Assembly (NCBI GenBank): GCA_017642885.1
Contig: JAEPOM010000015.1
Location: 13,059-77,058, forward strand
Direction: 5' to 3'
Source of the DNA: Henriciella sp.
GTDB lineage: Bacteria; Pseudomonadota; Alphaproteobacteria; Caulobacterales; Hyphomonadaceae
DNA: 64,000 nt
This document shows, one piece after another, positions 1 through 7,768 of the stretch (positions are counted from its first letter, which is position 1; each line of letters opens with the position of its first letter). The notes beneath the pieces were generated by a model that was given only the letters and a program-made list of their open reading frames with translations, was not told the DNA's origin and did no database searches. Both the position numbers and the translations under genes were made by a program.

Positions 1-18
1 CACTCATGAGTCCGCGCC

Positions 19-711
19 ATGATCCTGCGCCGTCTCACCACCGCTTTTCGCAAGCAAGACTGGTTCACCGTCGCCGTGGAAACGCTGATCGTCGTGTTCG
101 GCGTGTTTATCGGCTTGCAGGTGAACAATTGGAATGAGGCGCGGCAGGATCACGCCATCGCCCGCCAGCTTGAAGCAGGACTGATCGCCGACGCGAGTAT
201 CATTCTGGAAGAGACGCGCGAGAATATTGCAACGATGAGTGACGCGCTTGAAGCCATGGATGCCCTGTTTGACTCGTTAATCCAGGCTGACAGCGTTCTG
301 GTGGAAGCGGATGTGGCGGAGAAACTCAGCTTCGCTTTCTATTTGCCGAACCATGCTAAGCGTTCGCCTGCCCTGCTAGAGGCGCAGAATGATGGCACGC
401 TCAGCCTTCTGCAGGACAAGGAATTGCGTCATGCGATATTGCGATGGGACAGGCTGTTACAGTCTTCCGCAGAGACACAGCAAAGCCGCCGCGAGTTCGC
501 ACGGGCTTATCTCTCCTCCGGCGTGCGCCTGCAATCTCTTATCGGGGTCATTCCATTCGAAGAAGCCATGAGCGAGAGCGGCGGTCGCAATGAATTGGTG
601 ATCGCGATCAGTTTGATGGGGGGTACGCTTGAGGCCGAACTCGCGGCCTTCAGAGAGAATGAAGAGGAGACAAGGAGTCTTCTGATACGCCTTGGTGAGG
701 GCGCAGCATGA
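19..711 (+). CDS. Single-pass membrane protein of an uncharacterised paralog family (DUF6090-like), array copy 1
   Basis: N-terminus MILRRLTTAFRKQDWFTVAVETLIVVFGVFIGLQVNNWNE: basic leader, W motif, one TM helix, then a helical soluble domain. ATG overlaps a TGA of an upstream gene. DUF name is from memory of the motif. Confidence 0.75.
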   Translation: MILRRLTTAFRKQDWFTVAVETLIVVFGVFIGLQVNNWNEARQDHAIARQLEAGLIADASIILEETRENIATMSDALEAMDALFDSLIQADSVLVEADVAEKLSFAFYLPNHAKRSPALLEAQNDGTLSLLQDKELRHAILRWDRLLQSSAETQQSRREFARAYLSSGVRLQSLIGVIPFEEAMSESGGRNELVIAISLMGGTLEAELAAFRENEEETRSLLIRLGEGAA

Positions 712-1487
712 TCCTGCGCCGCGTCACCCAACACGTTAAGGACCAGAACTGGTTCGCTGTCGGGCTCGATTTCATGATCGTCGTGATCGGTGTCTTCTTT
801 GGTATCCAAGTCGCGAATTGGAATGATGCTCGAACGAATGAGTATCGGGAGTCAGAGATACTCGAAACCATTTATGACGAATTACAGGAGGACAGGGTCG
901 AGTTCCAGGGCGGTAAAGAATCTGCGCTCGTTACCATTTCCAGCGCTTCATACGTTCTTGAGGCGGCGGGATTGGACGTCCTCAACCAGCTGGTAATGCC
1001 CGTGTCCAGTGTTAAGGATCTGGCCATCTCCTCGAACTACGCACCTATTCCCGAACCAATCGCGCTGTCGGAAGATCAGAAACAGCGACTGTGGTCATCC
1101 ATTGTCGTAGCTTACTATCCAACCGCCAATGCGACATCGATCGACGCTCTGATCGGTGCTGGGCGTTTGGACCTTATCACAAACGAAGCCGTGCGCCGAA
1201 ATCTTCAAGAATACCGGAACGCGGCAATCTCGCTCAGGGGAAGCCAGGTCGAAACGATTAAGGCGTTTCGAACCATCGCTGTGACTGCCGGGCAGGAGCG
1301 CGGATACTCCCCTTTCTATCGTGGTCCAGAGCAAGAATTCATTGAGCAGGTCATGGATGACGAGCATCTGCTTGCCGTCATAGCCACCCAGCGAGAGTAT
1401 GCAGCTCTGCACCTCCGGTTGATCGAATCAGCCGATGAAGATGCGAAGGAATTGCTTTCCCAGATAGAAGCGTTGGGAATTGAATAA
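708..1487 (+). CDS. DUF6090-like single-pass membrane protein, array copy 2
   Basis: MILRRVTQHVKDQNWFAVGLDFMIVVIGVFFGIQVANWN; ATGA overlap with copy 1. Confidence 0.8.
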   Translation: MILRRVTQHVKDQNWFAVGLDFMIVVIGVFFGIQVANWNDARTNEYRESEILETIYDELQEDRVEFQGGKESALVTISSASYVLEAAGLDVLNQLVMPVSSVKDLAISSNYAPIPEPIALSEDQKQRLWSSIVVAYYPTANATSIDALIGAGRLDLITNEAVRRNLQEYRNAAISLRGSQVETIKAFRTIAVTAGQERGYSPFYRGPEQEFIEQVMDDEHLLAVIATQREYAALHLRLIESADEDAKELLSQIEALGIE

Positions 1488-1663
1488 TGATGTATTTACA
1501 ACACAAGATTGGGTGTGAGGATAACTTAGTACGGAATTTCCTCCGACGCCCTGTTCTTTCACTAAGTAAAACACTGCATCAATTCCCACTAGAGCGGATC
1601 CTGAGATGTCTGGTTTTTCCCATGAACCCGGTTAGTTTGATTGAATTGCGATAGGGGCATTTT

Positions 1664-3826
1664 TTGGAAAAACTATTTTCGGAGTTAAAGCGACGGAACA
1701 TTTTCCGCGTTGCTGGTGTCTATGCGGTGATCGGCTGGCTTTTGGCGCAGATGGCATCCGTGCTCGAAAATGCCATGAATATGCCAGCCTGGTTCGACAC
1801 GATGGTGGTCAGCTCTCTGTTGCTCGGCTTCCCAATAGCTATGATTCTTGCCTGGGCGTTTGAGATGACACCCGAGGGCGTCAAACGCACGGAGTCTGCA
1901 AATGCAGATGAAGAGGCCTCACGGAAAACCGGACGGGGGCTGGACTACGTCTTGATCGGCGGTCTGGCGCTGGTTGGTGTCCTGATTATCGGCGGCCAAT
2001 TCAGGTCAAGCGCACCCGCAAATCCTGATGCGGCGCCATCTCTCGCCCAGACCAACAAAATAGACGGTCAGTCGATCGCGGTATTGCCGTTCGAGGACTT
2101 TTCACCTGACAAAGACCAATCCTATTTCGCAGATGGCATCGCCGAGGAATTGCTGAATGTCCTGGCCCGGGTCGATGGCTTGCGCGTCGCCTCACGAACA
2201 TCAGCGTTCACGTTCAAAGCCCGCGAGTCGAGCATTTCGGAAATTGCGGCGGCTTTGAATGTCGGACATATTCTCGAAGGGAGCGTACGAAAGTCTGGTG
2301 AAACCCTTCGGATCACGGCCCAGTTAATCGATACCGAAACCGATGAGCACCTTTGGTCTGAGACATATGACCGCCCGCTAACAGCAGAGAACATCTTCGA
2401 AATTCAGGATGAAATATCGCAAGCGATTGTGTTGGAGCTCAACGGCCAGCTGGATTTGTTACCTGAGACGAGTTCGCGACCCACGCAATCGACCGAGGCT
2501 TATGACGCTTATCTGAAAGGCAAGGAAGCCTATCGTAACCGGACAGAAGACGCCCTCAATGAAAGCTTGGACTGGATGGGGCGTGCGGTGACGCTGGACC
2601 CCGATTTTGCTCAGGCTCATGCGCAGCTGGCTCGGATTTACTCGCTTCAGCGTGAATATGCCGGCCTTGGCAACAATCACGCTCGGTTTCGTTCGAAAAC
2701 GCATATCGATCGCGCCCTTGAGCTGGCGCCAAACGATTGGGAGGTCCTCTCCGAATACGCTTGGCAAATATTTGGTGAAAGGCTGAATCTAGAGGACGGG
2801 CTCGCGGCCTTTGACGCCGCGATTTCCGCCAATCCAAACAATGCCAGTGCCCATCGGGGGCGCGGGTTACTGCTTTTGAATTATGGAGAAACCGAAGACG
2901 GAATGGTGTCTCTCCAGCAGGCGCGACAACTTGATCCAAAATCTGAAGTTCTTTTGATTAACATGTCTCGGGGTTTCCAGGACCGGGATGATATCGATGG
3001 TAGTCAGGCGATCTTATTAGACTCGTTAAGGCTTAATCCTGATTTTCAATTGGCCCGCGGACAGTTGTCACAAGTATTGGTTCAGCGCGGTAATATTGAA
3101 ATGGCACATCGCATCGCGATGTCGTGCCAGGGAGATAATTACTGCGATAATGCATTGGGCAATATTTATGCGCGATTGGGTATGGATGACCGGTTGGCCG
3201 CGCTTGGAGCGCGGAGTTGGTCTATGTATCTTCCCTTCAAGAATGAGAATACTGCCGAACTTGATCGACTCGTTTCCATCGCCACAGGCTTTGATCCGTT
3301 ATCCGACCTCGGTTTGTTGGACGTTATGAACAGACCGACGGAGGCCTATTCGACGATTCAGGACAGTCCGGAGCGTTTGGACTTATTGCTCGATGGCGAG
3401 CTAGAGCCTAACTCAACAAATCTAAGGGATGAACTGGCTTTATATTGGGCGCTTCAACAGGCCGGGGATCAACGTGCCGCAGACGTCCGCGCCTCACTCA
3501 GTACTGGTTTCGAAGGCGTTGAGCCAGGCCCATACAATTTTGGCACGGCATATATCAACGGCGCGAAGTGGCGAATGGTGGAAAATGACCCGGACGGCGC
3601 GATGGCCTGGCTCAATGCGCTCGCCGACAGGGGCGTCGCCACGACGTTTGTCCAGGTCAAATCACACTGGTTTGAGCCGCTTTATGATCGGCCCGACTAT
3701 CAGGCGTATAAGGCAAGAATGCGGGCGATTGCAGACCGCGACCGCCAGCTGATCGAAGCGCAACTCGCCAATCCACCGGAAATCTGGTGGACACCGGATG
3801 AAGTCTTGGACGGCGCGGAACAATGA
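1664..3826 (+). CDS. Membrane-anchored TolB-like domain plus TPR repeat protein, no cyclase domain
   Basis: N-terminal ELKRRNIFRVAGVYAVIGW with 3 TM segments; SIAVLPFEDFSPDKDQSYFADGIAEELLNVLA...RVASRTSAF domain; repeated TPR-like units (ALELAPN, AISANPNNA, ARQLDPK, SLRLNPDF); TTG start. Confidence 0.85.
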   Translation: MEKLFSELKRRNIFRVAGVYAVIGWLLAQMASVLENAMNMPAWFDTMVVSSLLLGFPIAMILAWAFEMTPEGVKRTESANADEEASRKTGRGLDYVLIGGLALVGVLIIGGQFRSSAPANPDAAPSLAQTNKIDGQSIAVLPFEDFSPDKDQSYFADGIAEELLNVLARVDGLRVASRTSAFTFKARESSISEIAAALNVGHILEGSVRKSGETLRITAQLIDTETDEHLWSETYDRPLTAENIFEIQDEISQAIVLELNGQLDLLPETSSRPTQSTEAYDAYLKGKEAYRNRTEDALNESLDWMGRAVTLDPDFAQAHAQLARIYSLQREYAGLGNNHARFRSKTHIDRALELAPNDWEVLSEYAWQIFGERLNLEDGLAAFDAAISANPNNASAHRGRGLLLLNYGETEDGMVSLQQARQLDPKSEVLLINMSRGFQDRDDIDGSQAILLDSLRLNPDFQLARGQLSQVLVQRGNIEMAHRIAMSCQGDNYCDNALGNIYARLGMDDRLAALGARSWSMYLPFKNENTAELDRLVSIATGFDPLSDLGLLDVMNRPTEAYSTIQDSPERLDLLLDGELEPNSTNLRDELALYWALQQAGDQRAADVRASLSTGFEGVEPGPYNFGTAYINGAKWRMVENDPDGAMAWLNALADRGVATTFVQVKSHWFEPLYDRPDYQAYKARMRAIADRDRQLIEAQLANPPEIWWTPDEVLDGAEQ

Positions 3827-4617
3827 TCCTGAGACGCATGACCCAACACGTGAAGGACCAGAACTGGGTCGCGGTCGGGTTGGATTTCGCAATAGTTGTG
3901 TTGGGTGTCTTGTTCGCGTTGATGGCAGAGCAGTGGCTGCGATCCGGTCAGCAACGATCGGACTTACAAGGTGCAGAACTCGCAATCAACGCCGACCTTT
4001 TCACGAACCTTTTCAGCATTAAGGAAGTCATCGCTATTGCGCCCTGTCGCAAAGAGCGAACCCGCATTCTCTCCGAGATGCTGCAAAATGAGGACGAACC
4101 TTGGCCGGGATTGCCATGGACGCCTCATCCCGGCGCGTTCCAGACACAATTACCGGAAGTCTTGCCAACCCCTTACAGGATGTGGGGGTCTCGAGTCTGG
4201 GAGGCCGAACTGAGCAATGGAACGCTCTCGTTGATGAATGCAGACCGGCGGCGCGCGCTCGACAGTCTGTTCAGGGGCACAAACTTGATGCTCGACAAGC
4301 AAGAAGAAATTTTTGATGCCCAAGCCCGATTAAAAATTCTCGCTTTGCCGCGCGAGATGACCTCGGATGAGCGTTCGCGATACTTGGAATTGCTGCATTT
4401 CCACGATTTGCAAAGCGGGCTGCGCGAGCGCGTGGCACGGCAAACTTTACCGCAAATCAAAGCAGCCGACCCGCAACCCGATCAAGCGTATTTCGACGAA
4501 TTTCGGGACTATATGCCAACCTATACGCAACAGCGGTTAGAACGCTATGGAGATTGTTTTGTGCCGTTCGAGATGCCTTATCTCGACATTTTAACACCGA
4601 ATGAGATCAGGCCATGA
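3823..4617 (+). CDS. DUF6090-like single-pass membrane protein, array copy 3
   Basis: MILRRMTQHVKDQNWVAVGLDFAIVVLGV; ATGA overlap with the TPR gene. Confidence 0.8.
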   Translation: MILRRMTQHVKDQNWVAVGLDFAIVVLGVLFALMAEQWLRSGQQRSDLQGAELAINADLFTNLFSIKEVIAIAPCRKERTRILSEMLQNEDEPWPGLPWTPHPGAFQTQLPEVLPTPYRMWGSRVWEAELSNGTLSLMNADRRRALDSLFRGTNLMLDKQEEIFDAQARLKILALPREMTSDERSRYLELLHFHDLQSGLRERVARQTLPQIKAADPQPDQAYFDEFRDYMPTYTQQRLERYGDCFVPFEMPYLDILTPNEIRP

Positions 4618-5354
4618 TTCTGCGTCGTTTGCCTCAACATGTGAAGGATCAAAACTGGATCGCGGTCGTCTTGGACTTTGTCATAGTGGTTGCCGGTATA
4701 TTGATCGCCTTTCAAATTTCCTCGATGGCCGAAAAGCGCGGCGAGGTGGCGCAGTTTGATCGCCAAATGGAAGCGCTCAAAGTGGAAATGACGGAGAACC
4801 TGGACCGCTATGAAATCGCAGTTGACCGGATTAGAGATCAGTACGAAAGCATTACGGCGCTTCGTGAACTCCTAGCCGATCCCGAGAGCGCAGCGACCGA
4901 GGCAGAGATCAATAACCTATTCTATAAATCCATCGGGGTTATTGGCATTTATACGAAGAGAAACTCGCTTGATGTGGCGTTGTCCTCCGAACTGTTCGTT
5001 GAGAGCAATGCGGCTGAGTTGATCGATCAGATTGAGCAATGGGAAGAAAAGCTCGCGCAGCTCAATCGGGTCCAGCAAGACGCGTTGAATTTTCGCGACA
5101 ACATCATGCACGCCCATTTCTCCGAGACCCTCGCTTATGCTTCGATTTTAGGCGCAACCGGCATCGCGGAAGGGCGGATTGCGCCATCCAGGTTCGAGAA
5201 TTCCAGGGAAGAATTGTCACAGGACAGGGTGCTCGATAACATTCTGGCGGGTCGGCAGCTAAGTACTTTTCAGGACCTAGTTTACATAAACGACCTTGTT
5301 GAACAGACCCATGAGATCATAGCCTCATCTAAGTCGCTCAATGCGCGACACTAA
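4614..5354 (+). CDS. DUF6090-like single-pass membrane protein, array copy 4
   Basis: MILRRLPQHVKDQNWIAVVLDFVIVVAGILIAFQI; ATGA overlap with copy 3. Confidence 0.8.
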   Translation: MILRRLPQHVKDQNWIAVVLDFVIVVAGILIAFQISSMAEKRGEVAQFDRQMEALKVEMTENLDRYEIAVDRIRDQYESITALRELLADPESAATEAEINNLFYKSIGVIGIYTKRNSLDVALSSELFVESNAAELIDQIEQWEEKLAQLNRVQQDALNFRDNIMHAHFSETLAYASILGATGIAEGRIAPSRFENSREELSQDRVLDNILAGRQLSTFQDLVYINDLVEQTHEIIASSKSLNARH

Positions 5355-5631
5355 CGCGAGATAATTTTGACTTGTAGGGACAATTGAAAAACTCTTACAG
5401 GTCCGATCCCTGTTCGCTAAACTCGAGAAAATTTTTAATGGACCTCATAATCTGAACGATTCTAGGGTTGTTTCTGGCAAGTGACGATAGAAACCTCCAC
5501 GGTAGCTGAAGACACTCTTTTTCACAAACCTCCCTATAATATACTGAAAATTCATAGCTTGTAATCGTTTTTCATGCTATTTGACATGTTGCACCCGCCT
5601 CCACCGGCCAGAATAGAAATTCACACATTCG

Positions 5632-7164
5632 ATGCCCAATCAGCGTTTTTCAGACCCGGTCACTGTTTTTCACGACCGCGCACTGCCGGAACTGGCCAAG
5701 CCTGTAGGGTATACTGCATTGATAGACGCCTATGATCTCAAAGTCCCCCTGCCCCTCTTTCTTTACGCGGTCGGTCCCAGGCACAGAGTGTACGAAAGAG
5801 ACAATTGGCACATTTACACGCCGCGACATGATCCAAGGGCCGACCTAGAGGGACACCTCACCTTCGCGCTAAAGTATGAGGGGCTCGATTTAGCGGTCCT
5901 TAAGCGGCTTTTTCAAGCGGTTGATCAAGCAGACATCGCGGGCATGGTTCGCGCCAAGCCCACGAGCGCCTACACACGGCGCATCTGGTTTCTCTATGAA
6001 TGGCTAATCGGCGAAGCCTTGGACTTGCCAGACGCAAAGTCTGGATCCTATGCCGACATTATCGATGACAGACTTCAATATCCAGGATCCAGTCAAACAT
6101 CGACACGCCACCGCGTGCGAAACAATCTTCCCGGAACGCCTGCTTTTTGTCCGCTGGTGCGCCGGACACCGGCGCTCGAGCGTAAGATCGAAGCTAACCT
6201 ACATGAGCGGGCAAGCACGGTCATCGCCAATATCTCTGCGAGTGTTCTTGCCAGAACCGCAGCCTTTCTCTTGCTGAAAGACTCCAAGTCAAGCTTTGCG
6301 ATCGAAGGTGAGGCTGCTGCCCACAATCGAATTCAGAGATGGGGCCGCGCGATCGGACAAGCCGGCCGAAATCCCTTGAACAATGATGAGTTTTTAAGGC
6401 TTCAACGCATCGTTATGGGCGATGCACGTTTCATTCGCCTTGGCTTCAGAAATGAAGGCGGTTTTGTTGGCGAGCATGAGCAAGGCTCTAGGCTGCCTTT
6501 ACCAGATCATATCAGCGCCAAACCGGATGATGTCATCCATCTGATCGAAGGCTTGATTACCTATGATCATGATCATGCCGGCGCGCTCGATCCTGTCATC
6601 GCCGCCGCAATTATTGCGTTCGGATTTGTCTATATTCACCCGTTCGTAGACGGCAATGGGCGCGTGCATCGATATCTCATCCATCATGTCCTGACGGCGC
6701 GCGGCTTCAATCCGGCGGGTATGGTGTTTCCTATTTCCAGCGCGATCCTTGAACGGATCGATGATTACCGCAAAGTGCTAGAGTCTTATTCTAAGCGTCT
6801 CCTTCCATTGATCGATTGGAGGCCGACGGATCAGATGAATGTCGAGGTCTTGAATGAAACAGCTGATTTCTATCGCTATTTCGACGCGACCCCGCATGCA
6901 GAATTCCTGTACGAATGTGTTGAGAAAACCATTGAAGAAGATCTGCCCCAGGAGGCTGAATTCCTTGAGCGTTATGATGCCTTTAAAACGGCGATCGACG
7001 CCTTGATCGAAATGCCGGACTCGACCGTGAATTTGCTATTCAACTTTCTTCGCCAACACGATGGCACTCTGTCCAAGCGTGCGCGCGAGAATGAATTTTC
7101 TGCACTCAGCGCTGCAGAGATAGAGCGGGTTGAAACCATCTACACGCGGACATTCGCGGACTGA
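5632..7164 (+). CDS. Fic family protein with N-terminal autoinhibitory motif (class II-like)
   Basis: Canonical HPFVDGNGRVHR active-site motif; SFAIEG matches the (S/T)xxxE(G/N) inhibitory motif upstream of the Fic core. Confidence 0.9.
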   Translation: MPNQRFSDPVTVFHDRALPELAKPVGYTALIDAYDLKVPLPLFLYAVGPRHRVYERDNWHIYTPRHDPRADLEGHLTFALKYEGLDLAVLKRLFQAVDQADIAGMVRAKPTSAYTRRIWFLYEWLIGEALDLPDAKSGSYADIIDDRLQYPGSSQTSTRHRVRNNLPGTPAFCPLVRRTPALERKIEANLHERASTVIANISASVLARTAAFLLLKDSKSSFAIEGEAAAHNRIQRWGRAIGQAGRNPLNNDEFLRLQRIVMGDARFIRLGFRNEGGFVGEHEQGSRLPLPDHISAKPDDVIHLIEGLITYDHDHAGALDPVIAAAIIAFGFVYIHPFVDGNGRVHRYLIHHVLTARGFNPAGMVFPISSAILERIDDYRKVLESYSKRLLPLIDWRPTDQMNVEVLNETADFYRYFDATPHAEFLYECVEKTIEEDLPQEAEFLERYDAFKTAIDALIEMPDSTVNLLFNFLRQHDGTLSKRARENEFSALSAAEIERVETIYTRTFAD

Positions 7165-7189
7165 TAGCGCGGAAGACCGTGGCGAACGC

Positions 7190-7516
7190 AGGTCTTAACT
7201 GGCCAGCGCAGATTGAGGCATGGCGGTTCTGAGCGGCTTCCTCAAAAACAAGCCCTATGAGCCTGACAAGCGTACTGCGCGCCTGCATCACCGTTTAGTC
7301 TATGTGCAACGTTTTCCGAATGGAAACGGACGACATGCGCGCATGATGGCGGACCTCCTCATCCGTCGTCTTGGCGCACCGCCCTTCTCTTGGGGCAGTA
7401 ATAGAGATGACGGCGTCATCCACGACATTGGCGAGCTTCGCAAGCGATATGTCTCAGCGCTGCGAGCGGCAGACGGCAATGATTATGAACCATTGATTGC
7501 CTTTGCACGATCGTAA
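7190..7516 (+). pseudogene. Remnant of a 'mobile mystery protein B'-type Fic gene
   Basis: ARLHHRLVYVQRFPNGNGRHARMMADLL...PFSWG...RYVSALRAADGNDYEPLIAFARS resembles the C-terminal half of that family; catalytic HP is replaced by QR; N-terminal half is missing and the reading frame is broken near 7214. Confidence 0.7.
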
Positions 7517-7562
7517 GTCGTAGTCGCGTTGAAACCCTGCTGCGGTCGACGATACGGTTAAA

Positions 7563-7763
7563 ATGAGGTACCTTAGAACAATGTCAGATTATGATCCCTC
7601 AGAACTCCAAAATCCGTTCACTAGTTCCGCGCGTCCTGGAGACTTTGAGCGGGCTTCGGAAGGCGAGAATTACGGTGAGGTACAAGCTTCTCTGAAGCAC
7701 TTACTTATTGCTTTTGTTCTAGGTCTCGTCGGAGTATTTATCGTATTCGGGCCACTCACTTAA
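7563..7763 (+). CDS. Small protein with one C-terminal TM helix, convergent with traG (entry-exclusion candidate)
   Basis: 66 aa, acidic N-part, then HLLIAFVLGLVGVFIVFGPLT; stops 5 nt from the traG stop. Start may be 7581. Confidence 0.55.
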   Translation: MRYLRTMSDYDPSELQNPFTSSARPGDFERASEGENYGEVQASLKHLLIAFVLGLVGVFIVFGPLT

Positions 7764-7768
7764 CTGAA

